Of a stretch of 64,000 nucleotides of DNA, positions 51,790 to 64,000 are shown one piece after another. The stretch is taken from positions 15,996,001 through 16,060,000 of the forward strand of contig NC_073393.1 of the NCBI RefSeq assembly GCF_028641065.1, in the 5' to 3' direction. This DNA is from Leucoraja erinacea. Its lineage: Eukaryota. The stretch's first letter is position 1. Each line of letters begins with the position of its first letter. The notes beneath the pieces were generated by a model, which saw only the letters and a program-made list of their open reading frames with translations, was not told where the DNA came from and did not search any database. Made by a program: the position numbers and the translations under genes.

Positions 51790-53500
51790 AATCCCTTTAA
51801 AAAAATACCTACATTAAAACAAGAGGGTAACGAAGAGAGGGGAGGGGTCACTCAATGTAAAAGAGCAAATTTGTGCATGGAGTCGGGTTGAGGCAAGGTA
51901 CTAAACAAGTACATTGCATCTGTATTGACTGAGGAGAAGGGCATGGAAGACGGTGAGTTCAGTGTTGAGAATATTAATATTCAAGGACAGATTTTGGATT
52001 AAGTTACAGGGGTTTTTAACAAACATTAACGTGGATAAATCCACAGGGCCTAATGCGATATATTTCTTGAGAGAGGCAAGAGCGGAAATTGCAAGAATCG
52101 TGACAAAGATTTCAGCATTTTTTCTGGCTACATGCAATGATCTGGAGGACTGCAGAGTAGCTAATGTTGTTCCATTGTTTAAAAAGGGAAATAGAGGGAA
52201 TATAACTAATATGGGCCTGGTGCACCACACGTCAATAGTAGGGAGGCTATTGGATATGATTCATTTGGATAGGATTTACTCCCATTTGGAAGAGAATGGT
52301 TTCATTTAGACAGTCAGCATGGCTTTGTACATGACAGGTCATTTTTTACTAATGCTCCAGATTTTTTGAAGAAGGAGCAAAGGTGATCCATGACAGTAGA
52401 ATAGAGGATGGCATCTACATGGATTTTAGGGATGCATTTGATGTAGGCTAATCCAAAAGATCAGGATCTTGTGTATTAACAGAGGATTAACAATGATTTG
52501 ATTGTATGGATTCATAAATGGCTTACTAATAGAAGGCAGTGGATAGTGGTGGAAGAACGATACTCAGGCTGGAGGTCTGGATGATCTATTGTACATTTTT
52601 ATTGTACTCCATCCCCTTTGATATTTTGTTTTCACACCTTACCCTTCCATATCTTTGTGTCTCCCTCTCCACTGACTCTCAGTTTGCAGAAGGGTCTCAA
52701 CCTGAAATGTCACCAATTCCTTCTATCTAGGGTTGCTGCCTGACCTGACCTGTTTTTCTTTGGTGTAAATCAGCATCTGCAGTTCCTTCCTACACTTAAT
52801 AATTTCTTTAGCTGAAGGGCAACACTCCAGAGGACTGAAGAACAGCCAATATTGTTCCTTTGTTTAAGAAGGAAACTAGAGATGATCAAGGAAATTATAG
52901 GACTGGGCCTCACATCAGGGATAGATCAGCTATTGGAGTGGATTATTTGGGAGAGGCTCTATTTGTGTTTGGAAGAAAATGGGCTAATTAAAGACAGTCA
53001 GCGTGGCTTTGTACATAGAAGGCCATGTATTATGACCCTGATTGGTGTTTTTGAGCAGGAGATGAAGGTGATTGATCTGGGTGGGGCAGTGAATGCTGCC
53101 TTAGTTTATTTTTGGCTAGACATTTGATTGAATCCCTCATGGTAGGTAATCCAAAAGATGAAAGTGTTTGGAATCCAAGGTGATGTGGTTGTTGGAATTC
53201 AGAACTGACTTACTCAGAGCAGACTGAGTGCTGTGATGGAAGTGAGTTATTTTAGCTGGATGTCTGTGACCAATAAAGTTTCTCGGGGATCTGCACTGGG
53301 ACCTCTGTCATCAGCAATATATAAAAATGATTTGCAAATAAATGGGTTGGTTAGTAGTTATCAAATAATACCAAAATTGGGAAACTTGTGGAAAAGAGGT
53401 TGGCAGTCAAGTTATATGAGGGATTATAATCAGTTGCAGAAATGGACGGAGAAATGGCAGAATGAGTGTGCAAGTGTGGTGCACTTTGGGAGGTCAAATA
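51790..53500 (+). mobile_element. Decayed CR1 fragments
   Basis: NINVDKSTGPNAIY, VANVVPLFKKG, LIKDSQRGFV, QLQKWTEKWQ. Confidence 0.85.
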
Positions 53501-56500
53501 ACCATATAACCATATAACAATTACAGCACGGAAACAGGCCATCTCGGCCCTACAAGTCCGTGCCGAACAACTTTTTTTTCCCTTAGTCCCACCTGCCTGC
53601 ACTCATACCATAACCCTCCATTCCCTTCTCATCCATATGCCTATCCAATTTATTTTTAAATGATACCAACGAACCTGCCTCCACCACTTCCACTGGAAGC
53701 TCATTCCACACCGCTACCACTCTCTGAGTAAAGAAGTTCCTCCTCATGTTACCCCTAAACTTCTGTCCCTTAATTCTGAAGTCATGTCCTCTTGTTTGAA
53801 TCTTCCCTATTCTCAAAGGGAAAAGCTTGCCACATCAACTCTGTCTATCCCTCTCATCATTTTAAAGACCTCTATCAAGTCCCCCCTTAACCTTCTGCGC
53901 TCCAGAGAATAAAGACCTAACTTATTCAACCTATCTCTGTAACTTAGTTTTTTGAAACCCAGGCAACATTCTAGAAAATCTCCTCTGTACTCTCTCTATT
54001 TTGTTGACATCCTTCCTATAATTGGGCGACCAAAATTGTACACCATACTCCAGATTTTCTCACCAATGCCTTGTACAATTTTAACATTACATCCCAGCTT
54101 CTATACTCAATGCTCTGATTTATAAAGGCTAGCATACCAAAAGATTTCTTTACCACCCTATCTATATGAGATTCCACCTTCAAGGAACTATGCACGGTTA
54201 TTCCCAGATCCCTCTGTTCAACTGTATTCTTCAATTCCCTACCATTTACCATGTACGTCCTATTTTGATTTGCCCTGCCAAGGTGTAGCACCTCACATTT
54301 ATCATCATTAAACTCCATCTGCCATCTTTCAGCCCCTTTTTCCAAATGGCCTAATTCACTCTGTAGACTTTGGAAATCCTCTTCATTATCCACAACACCC
54401 CCTATCTTGGTATCATCTGCATACGTACTAATCCAATTTACCACACCTTCATCCAGATCATTGATGTACATGACAAACAACAAAGGACCCAACACAGATC
54501 CCTGAGGCACCCCACTAGTCACCTGCCTCCAACCCGATAAACAGCCATCCACCATTACCCTCTGGCTTCTCCCATTCAGCCACTGTTGAATCCATCTTGC
54601 TATTCCTGCATTTATACCCAACAGTTGAACCTTCTTAACCAACCTTCCATGAGGAACCTTGTCAAAGGCCTTACTAAAGTCCATATAGACAACATCCACT
54701 GCTTTACCCTCGTCAATTTCCCTAGTAACCTCTTCAAAAAATTCAAGAAGATTAGTCAAACATGACCTTCCAGGCACAAATCCATGTTGACTGTTCCTAA
54801 TCAGACCCTGTTTATCCAGATGCTTATATATATTATCTCTAAGTATCTTTTCCATTAATTTGCCCACCACTGAAGTCAAACTAACAGGTCTATAATTGCT
54901 AGGTTTACTCTTAGAACCCTTTTTAAACAATGGAACAACATGCGCAGTACGCCAATCCTCGGGGACTATTCCCGTTTCTAATGACATTTGAAATATTTCT
55001 GTCATAACCCCGGCTATTTCTACACTAACTTCCCTCAATGTCCTAGGGAATATCCTGTCAGGACCTGGAGACTTATCCACTTTTATATTTTTCAAAAGTG
55101 TCAGTACTTCTTTTACTTTGAACCTCGTAGTATCCATAGCTACTCTACTAGTTTCCCTTACCTCACATAATTCAATATCCTTCTCCTTGGTGAATACCGA
55201 AGAAAAAAAATTGTTCAATATCTCCCCCATCTCTGTTGGCTCTGCAGATAGCTGTCCACTCTGTCTCTCCAATGGACCAATTCTATCCCTCGTTATCCTT
55301 TTGCTATTAATATAGCTGTAGAAACTCTTTGGATTTACTTTCACCTTACTAGCCAAAGCAACCTCATATCTTCTTCTAGCTTTTCAAATTTCTTTCTTAA
55401 GATTCTTTTTACATTCCTTATACTCCTCAAGCACCTCATTTACTTCATGCTGCCTATAATTATTGTAGATCTCCCTCTTTTTCCGAACAAGATGTCCAAT
55501 TTCCCTTGAAAACCAGGGTTCTTTCCAATTTTTACTGTTTCCTTTCAACCGAACAGGAACATAAAGATTCTGTACTCTTAAAATTTCCCCTTTAAATGTC
55601 CTCCATTTCTCTTCTACATCTTTCCCATAAAACAAAATGTCCCAGTTCACTCCTTTTAAATCCTCGCATCTCATCAAAGTTAGCCTTTCTCCAATCCAAA
55701 ATCTCAACCCTAGGTCCAGTTCTGACCCTCTCCATAATGATATTGAAACTAATGGTATTGTGATCACTGGACCCGAAGTGCTCCCCAACGCATACCTCCG
55801 CCATCTGTCCCGTCTCATTTCCTAACAGGAGGTCCAGCACTGCCCCTTCTCTAGTAGGTACCTCTATGTATTGTTGCAAAAAACTATCGTGCACACATTT
55901 TACAAACTCCAAACCATCCAGCCCATTTACAGAATGTGTTTCCCAGTCTATGTGTGGAAAATTGAAATCTCCCACAATCACTACCTTGTGCTTACTACTA
56001 ATATCTGCTATCTCCTTACATATTTGCTCTTCCAATTCTCGTTCCCCATTTGGTGGTCTATAATACACCCCTATAAGTGTTGCTACACCTTTCCCACTTC
56101 TCAGTTCCACCCAAATAGCCTCCCTAGATGAGCCCTCCAATCTATCCTGCCAAAGCACTGCTGTAATATCTTCCCTGACTAGCAATGCAACACCTCCACC
56201 TCTTGCCCCTCCAATTCTATCACACCTGAAGCAACGAAATCCTGGAATATTTAGTTTCCAATCACAGCCCTCCTGCAACCATGTTTCACTGATCGCCACA
56301 ACATCATACTTCCATGTGTCTATCCAGACTCTAAGCTCATCCACCTTTCTTACAATGCTCCTAGCATTAAAATATGCACATTTAAGAAACCCCCCGTCTC
56401 TTATTCTCTGGTTATTTCTTTTTTTTTATTTCTCCTCTTGTGTCCGAGTGCTTCTCTTTTCTGCTTCCTGCCTCCCATTCTGTCTACTAGCTTTCTCTAT

Positions 56501-56840
56501 TTTAGTCCCTCGCCCCAACCATTCTAGTTTAAAGTCTCCCCAGTAGCCTTTGCAAATTTCCCCGCCAGGATATTGGTCCCCCTCGGGTTCAAGTGAAACC
56601 CATCCTTTCTGTACAGGTCCCACCTTCCCCAAAAGAAGTCCCAATGATCCAGAAACTTGAATCCCTGCCCTGTGCACCAGTGTTTCAGCCATGCATTTAT
56701 CCTCCACCTCGCTCCATTCCTACTCTCACTGTCGCGTGGCACAGGCAGTAATCCTGAGATTGTTACCTTTTTGGTCCTTTTCCTTAACTCTCCTCCCAGC
56801 TCCCTAAAATCCTCCCTTCAGGACCTCTTCCCTTTTTTTA
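53501..56840 (-). mobile_element. Young, 5'-truncated CR1 LINE: ORF1 esterase end, APE endonuclease, RT, 3' tail
   Basis: SGNH-like FLDHWDFFWGRWDLYRKDGFHLN (56524-56742); APE YDVVAISETW...VGDFNFP...SSDH (55592-56344); RT NYRPVSLTS...GVPQGSVLGP...YADDT (54016-55356); TTATATGG-type tail at 53501. Confidence 0.96.
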
Positions 56841-58099
56841 CGTCTTGTCTTATTTAGGGGAAGATGTAGATTTGGCTTTTTTTTTCCATTTCGTTTTATT
56901 ACCCTATCTGGATGCGAAGCTTTGTAAACTTGTTAATTCAACCCTCTACTGTTTACAGTAATGACAACATGTTCGATGACAATAAAGTGCTCTGGGACCA
57001 AAAGTAGATTTAAAACACGTGTTCCCTCGTGTTTCACTAGTTGTTTTCTTTGTTAAGCGGCTCATCTCTTCTTGCAAGCATATTAACCGACAAATTATTT
57101 CAGATTTGTTTTCAGCTGAAATTACTTCAGTGTTTCGAAATGCCCCTCTCTTGTCGTAACCGATAATACAGGGGAATGTCAGGATATTTATCCAATTATC
57201 AATTTTATAATGATTGCCAATGAAACAATAAGTGGTTTGTCCTTCTACGTTGCAATAGAAAGATTGGCAACTTTAAAACTTGTTTTGAATTGATATCAAG
57301 ATAATTGTTTCGTATTTCTTTTTTCCAGAATGTACACGGCGCGCAATTACCAGACATAAAACTCGCAGAGCAAATATTTTGGTATCAGAAACAGGGTCTC
57401 AAATAAATTACTCAAATTAGACTTCTTCCACTTCAGCGTCAAATTGGATACCGCAAGCAGTTTGCAACTTCAGATCATCGTACTCTTTGACCACAACGAG
57501 TTTCCATGATGTCACCAGCAGATTCAAGGTGCATTATTCTTATGGGTTACTTACTCTTAGTTCGAGCTATGAATGTATTTATGGGGGTTCATTGGCTATA
57601 TCATCTTTTTATAGAGAAGTTGCAAATGTGCATACTCTGGCTACAGCGAATTACATACAGAAAGCTAAAGTTTGAAGAAAGGTCTCGACTCGAAACTTCA
57701 CCTACACATCTGCGATGCTGCCTGATCCACAGAGTTACTCCAGCACTGTTAGTCTTTTTTTTAATTTCCTTCCAGAGGACGTACTCTTTCCAATCGCAAT
57801 GGAACAAGAAGCAAAAAAAGACATTTACAAAGGACGAGAATAAATTGAAAAGAAAGCTGACAAGCACGCACGCATGCACAGATTTAGATACACACATACA
57901 CACATTTATTTAAACGCATACGTTTTACTGCGATGTTTTCTCAGAAAACACCAATTTTCATTGATAAAACATCTTCAAACCATTTAAAGAAAATACACAG
58001 AACGTGCTTTACGGGAAGATAAAGGTCTTGCAAAGTGAGTTTAGGGAGTTCCACAAATGTTTAAAAAAAATTACTTCATGAGTCCTATCTCAGGATTCA

Positions 58100-59600
58100 T
58101 GCGTGGGATCTGTATAGGAAACATTGATTGATCTAAACTGGAAGGGAACGAAGATCAGAGAAGAGAGGATTATTCAAGCTACTTAGAAGTGTTTAAACGA
58201 ACTTGGGAAGGGAGAAGGTCGGTGGAAGCATGGAACCAGTGCAACAACTGGGGTGAAATTTGTGCAGGACAAATCAAGCAAGTCCCAAGGGCAGAGTAGA
58301 GGGTGGCAGGTTCGCAAGCCGAGGAGGCTTAGCAGGCTCAACAGCATTTACTTTAATGCAAGGTGTCTCACTGGCAAGTCAGTTGACATTAGAGCATGTG
58401 TCAGAACTTGGAATGATGACTTTACTGCAATCACATAGTTGAGGGAAGAGGGAAGGACAAGACTGGCAACTTAATGTTCCAAGTTATACAACCTTCAGGT
58501 GTGAGAAAGAGTACTGCAGAAGAGCAGGGGGGTATGTTTGCATTGCCTGTTAGGCAGAAAATAATTAGCCCTTTGGAAGGGTATCCTGGAGGGTTCATCC
58601 AATGAGGCCTTATGGATCGAATTTGGGAAAAAGAGAGGAATGATCACTTTGCCAAACTTATAAGATAGACTTCCCAGTAGTCAGGAAAAATGACTGGAAC
58701 AGGTATGTAAGCAAGCCGCCAAAGTTTGTTATAGTGGGCATTTTTATATGCTCAATCTTAACTGTGTTGTCCTGATTGTCACGGGTTTAGATGGAGAGAA
58801 ATTTGTTAAGTTTGTACCACACATTTTGAGAGCCAATATATTATTGGTCCTGTCAGATATGAGTCAGTACGATGCTCGACATTATCAGGAAAGCACTGGG
58901 TAGGTGGTGTAAATGTTGGTGGAGCGAGACTTTTTGAACAGTGAAAATTCAGAAATGTTCAAGTTATTTATGCAAAGGGATCAGGTTGTTCCTTAAATTC
59001 AAGAAAGGCTTGTTTCAATAGCATAACTAGAAATTGATGAATGTAGACTGGGCACAGATGCTTGTGGGTAAAACTGACAAGTGGAAGTCTTTTAAGGGAC
59101 AATTAACCAGACTTCAGATTCAGCAAGTTCCAATTAAGGTGAAAGGAAAGATGGCAAGGCAGGAGATACCTGTGGCCCAGGCAGAGGTTTCAGTACCTTC
59201 ATTCTTCAAAGGTGACATGCCAAAACATGGAAGGAGCACCAGAGATATGCCAAGTAATTACAACTGTTGTGCCTTACTTCATTAATGAGGGAAATTAATG
59301 AGGAAGGTCTTAAGAGATATGATTTATGTAAATTTGATCATTCAGGTATTTATTAGGGATAGTCAGTACATCTTTGTGCGGGGGTAAATCCTGCCTCACT
59401 AATTTGATTGAGCTTTATGAGGCAAGTACTAAACAGATTCATCAAGGCGGGATTGTAGGCATTTTTTTGACGTTTGACATGGTTTCACATCGCAGGCTGG
59501 TTCAGAAGATTAAGACATACTGGACACACCTTACATTGTTGGCTAATTGCATCTAAAATTGGCATGGTGAAAGTAGACAGTGTTAGTGGTGGAAAGCTAC
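58100..59600 (+). mobile_element. Highly decayed CR1
   Basis: IYFNARCL, GKSCLTNLIELYE remnants. Confidence 0.75.
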
Positions 59601-61689
59601 ATTTCTGACTGCCTTGGAAATTAATTCCACACAACCATGGAAATAAAACTGTTTCTCATTTCTCCTTTCAATTTATCCTGTGTCAGCTTAAACAATGCTA
59701 TTTAATTCCAGACTCTCCCGGTGAAGGAAGATGACTGACTATTGTCCTATTTGTGCTTCTGATCAAATTATAAATCATGATGTGGTGTGATCAGAACTGT
59801 ACATTGTACACCAAAGGCGCACATAAACAGCACATGCTTACTCACATGTTTCAGTGCTTTATGCTCCCACTGTCTTCCAGGCAAAACCTATCTGCATTTT
59901 ATGTTTTTCCTTCCATGTTCTTGTTCATGACACTCGGTGGAGCATATTTATTACTTACGTGGATACATTTAGCTCTAAAAAATACTCAAGAAGCACAACA
60001 TTATTCAGGATAAAGAAACCCTTCTCATTGGTACCGATTCACCAACATAAAATAAATAGTCTCCATTACTGTTGCATCATAGCTGCAGTGGACCACGTTG
60101 ATGGAAATATATTGCAATTCCTTCAGCTACTTCCTATCGAGGAGTGGTGATCTTTCACTTGAAGGGGCAATCATGGAAGATGAACTACCAATTTTACACG
60201 GTAATTAAATAATTCATCAGTTACAGTTGCTTAGTTAGGTTGCAGTTGCTTAAGACATTAGTGAAGCCACATTTGGAATATTGTCTTCAGTTTTCGTCAT
60301 CCTAATGTAGGGAATGTTATTGGTGCAGAGACGATTTACGAGGATGTTGCCAGAAGTAGACAGAGGGAGGTTGAGCAGGTTAGGACTTTATTCCTTGGAG
60401 CACAGGAGAATGAGGAGTGATCTCATACAGATATATGATCATGAGGGGAATAGATAGGGTAAACGTCTACTCTGTCAAACCTTAAAACTTCTATTAGGCC
60501 ACTCAATTACATTGTTTATCCATACAGACAAGCCCGAATCAATGTTTTATTTCTGGATAAGAATTGCCTCATTTTGTACACTGTACTCCAGTTCAATCCA
60601 CTTGCCTTATTCTTTTCTGCTTTTCAATTCTGTCTGAGTAAAAATGAACGGTGCCATGTTCTTTTTATATGGCCCCCTTAATCTCTATTCATAGATTTGT
60701 GTACTAATGCTCCCAAACACCTTACTCATCAATAACTGGGTATTATTTGGTGTTTATCTTTCCAGGAATGTGGGCAACATCAACAAAATCCAGCATTTAT
60801 TGTCCGTCCCCCGTTGCCCTGAGAAGATGGACATTATCCACAGGCTTGAATTACTGCATTCCTTCATGTGAATGAACTCCCCCAATGCAATTGGGAAGGA
60901 AGCACTCAGATTTAGAAGTAAACCTGATGATGAAAAACAGCATATATTTAAGTTAGGATGGTTGCCAGACCCTGATGCCATGGTGCAGATTAGGTTGGTA
61001 GATGGGAAGCTGATCAAGGATGGTGTTGAACTTCTTCAATGTTTTTGGAGTTTGATTTATCCAGGCAAGTAGGTTAAGCTTCGGCATGCTCTTAGATTGT
61101 GGATGGGCTGTCAGGAGGAGAGTCATTTCAAATTGCCTGAGCAATTTATGTATTCTTTAAAAAAGTACCGCTTCATACCTATCTAAATCAAAAACTAATT
61201 AGCTATTAAATGGTCATTCTTGTAAGTGTATTTCATTCCTGAATTTTACTTCATTTACCTTTAGATTTAAACAAATCTGACATTGAGAACTACAAACATT
61301 TTGTTGCATTTGATTATGGCTCGTTTATGCTTTCAATTTCCATCCAATTTCATTTAATTTGCAGTTGAAAAGGTCAACATCAAGGGATTCTATTACAAAT
61401 GTGATGCCAATGCATAACATGGTTAAGTTACAACTTATCTATTACATCATTGTCATAAATTCAGACAAACTGATAGAGCATATTTAATAAAGACTATATC
61501 TATAAAATCGATTAATTGCTCAAAACTATATTCTAAGAATTAATTTCTTGCCGATATCATTTTGTGGAAGAAATTTAAAATCTAGAATGAGTTAAATCTG
61601 GCATAAAATTAATCTAATAAACACCAGTGAATAATAGATTACACCCTTTGAACTTAAAAAAAATTCAAGGCATAACTCTTTCCCCTCAA

Positions 61690-62310
61690 GATCATAGAGT
61701 ATAGAAGTTGGGATGTAATGTTAAAATTGTACAAGGCATTGGTGAGGCCAATTCTAGAGTATGGTGTACAATTTTGATCGCCTAATTATAGGAAGGATGT
61801 CAACAAAATAGAGAGAGTACAGAGGAGATTTACTAGAATGTTGCCTGGGTTTCAGCAGCTAAGTTACAGAGAAAGGTTGAACAAGTTAGGGCTTTATTCT
61901 TTGGAGCGCAGAAGGTTAAGGGGGGACTTGATAGAGGTCTTTAAAATGATGAGAGGGATAGACAGAGTTGACGTGGATGAGCTTTTCCCACTGAGAGTAG
62001 GGAAGATTCAAAGAAGGGGACATTACTTGAGAATTAAGGGACAGAAGTTTATGGGTAACATGAGGGGGAACTTCTTTACTCAGAGAGTGGTGGCTGTGTG
62101 GAATGAGCTTCCAGTGAAGGTGGTGGAGGCAGGTTCGTTTTTATCATTTAAAAATAAATTGGATAGTTATATGGATGGGAAAGGAATGGAGGGTTATGGT
62201 CTGAGCACAGGTGTATGGGACTAGGGGAGAATACGTGTTCAGCCTGGACTAGAAGGGTCGAGATGGCCTGTTTCTGTGCTGTAATTGTTATATGGTTATA
62301 TGGTTATATA
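61690..62310 (+). mobile_element. CR1 3' fragment (same subfamily as 53501-56840)
   Basis: LERRRLRGDLIEVFKMMRG; TTATATGG-type tail. Confidence 0.92.
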
Positions 62311-62444
62311 TAGACAGTTTATTTTTCTACTCTCGTAGTTTATTTCATGCCACATTTGAAGTTTATGCCAGTTTTGCATTTATATATCTTTCTGGAAGAA
62401 AGGGACTGAAAAAATATACAAATTCAAATGGATGCAAACTAATA

Positions 62445-62815
62445 GATTACAAAATTCTTAAGAGGTTGGACAGGCTAGATGCAGGAAGATTGTTCCCGAT
62501 GTTGGGGAAATCCAGAACAAGAGGTCACAGTTTATGGATAAGGGGGAAATCTTTTAGGACCGAGATGAGAAAAACATTTTTCACACAGAGTGGTGAATCT
62601 CTGGAATTCTCTGCCACAGAAGGTATTTGAGGCCAGTTCATTGGCTATATTTAAGAGGGAGTTAGATGTGGCCATTGTGGCTAAAGGGATCAGGGGGTAT
62701 GGAGAGAAGGCAGGTACAGGATACTGAGTTGGATGATCAGTCATGATCATATTGAATGGCAGTGCAGGCTCGAAGGGTCGAATGGCCTACTCCTGCACCT
62801 ATTTTCTATGTTTCT
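62445..62815 (+). mobile_element. CR1 3' fragment (TTTCTATG-tail subfamily, like 18958-19379)
   Basis: YKILKRLDRLDAGRLFPMLG; highly similar to the 19-kb copy. Confidence 0.92.
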
Positions 62816-63351
62816 AATAGTTACCAGTATCTTTATATCAGATCTAATTTCGCATATTCATAAAAAAATTAATTGACAACGATTTGTCCGGAAATAACTT
62901 GTCCAATATATATTTTGAGCAGTGGATTAAGTTTACAACCTTTGCTTCCTTTGTGAAATATTCTGCACTAATTAATTTGGATTCAACATTTGTGGTTATC
63001 AGGCAGCGGGTTGCAGACATCGGAGTCATGATGACTTAACTCATCAGCCTCAGGCATGCTGAGGTTATGGAATGATGGGAGAGCGCAATATTCAGGTGCT
63101 GGAGGCACCGCCCAGATGGAAGAAGGACATGATGCTGAATTGCAGAACGGATTGACAAAGTCTGTAGTACTTCGATGAAGCCACAAGGTGGAGCACGCCC
63201 CTCACGCAGTGTAAAGAGGCTCTCTATGGCAGATGGAAGCGATTTTCTTTCTGATGAAGGATACAGAGGAGCTGGACATCAATTCGGAATTGGGATCTGG
63301 CCTTTCAACAACAACACCAGGATGCATATTTTTATTCAGGTCTTTGTAAAA

Positions 63352-63458
63352 TCAGGACTCGTCTCCCTGAACAAAGCTGGAATTACTCGGCCAAATGCAG
63401 CTTTTAAGACTGAGACGGTGGTCCGGTTTTGAGTAAATAGTGCAATTTTCAGTTAAAT
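63352..63458 (-). CDS. Probable terminal coding exon of the same unidentified gene
   Basis: tttgtttctttaacag|; only the phase-1 frame stays open after the acceptor: DLTENCTIYSKPDHRLSLKSCIWPSNSSFVQGDES-stop; AATAAA at 63331-63336. Confidence 0.45.
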
Positions 63459-63529
63459 CTGTTAAAGAAACAAAACATTTAAAGTTTATATCAACTGAAT
63501 TATTGTGATAAGGCCCCTAGCGTTCTTAC

Positions 63530-63625
63530 CCGTTTCTATCACATACCCGGAGGTCTTTCCATGTTCCTCTCTGTTCATTGTTTGCTCTGATGTCTCGACC
63601 AATCGGTCAACCTTTACCACGGAGC
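63530..63625 (-). CDS. Internal exon of an unidentified minus-strand gene whose 5' part lies beyond the window
   Basis: ttgtcttcctatctag|; (G)SVVKVDRLVETSEQTMNREEHGKTSGYVIET; G|GTAAGA; 96 nt, phase 1-1. Confidence 0.5.
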
Positions 63626-64000
63626 CTAGATAGGAAGACAAACTAATTGGGTACTATAGTGCAGATTTGGCGATCGTGAGTTATTTTGAATGTTGACATA
63701 TTTTCTTACACCACTCTTATTATGAGCCGACAACACTTCTAACGGGCGCCGATTCCCTATTGCCCAATTTGTGCACCCGACTAAAATCGATTTGTCGCCT
63801 TTGTCTCCAGATGGGTTCGAGGTCAAGGCGAGAGAGTCACCACTAAATGATACTTTGAATAATTATCTGAACATCAGTTTTGAAGACATTCCCAACGCTT
63901 CATCGGACAGGGATCAGCCGCGGCTGGGCTCCATCCTTCAGAAGCAAAAACAATGGGATGGGGACCAATTCGGGCAGATGCAGAAATCACAACATTCAGC

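Overview
Vertebrate genomic DNA. The repeat content (CR1 LINEs, Penelope-like elements with hammerhead motifs, Rex1/Babar, Gypsy, tRNA-derived SINE) points to a cartilaginous fish, probably a skate or ray. Host genes: (1) AMFR/gp78 exon 1 on the minus strand (16157-16549), with positions 1-16156 as TE-filled intron 1; (2) a complete 7-exon NUDT21 (CFIm25) on the plus strand (CDS 25025-35854, 226 aa), head-to-head with AMFR across about 8 kb of nested transposons; (3) an Ig-superfamily receptor gene I cannot name, on the minus strand (about 45.1-51.0 kb). Its exons are leader, germline-joined V-J, C1-set, 21-nt hinge, TM and cytoplasmic, so it looks like a non-rearranging antigen-receptor chain and is the most notable element here; (4) probable 3' exons of another unidentified minus-strand gene at about 63.3-63.85 kb. 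About 20 copies of a minimal hammerhead ribozyme core are scattered through the window, several next to Penelope GIY-YIG remnants. Exon boundaries were read base by base; most TE boundaries are approximate. Comparisons to human proteins and gene order are from memory.
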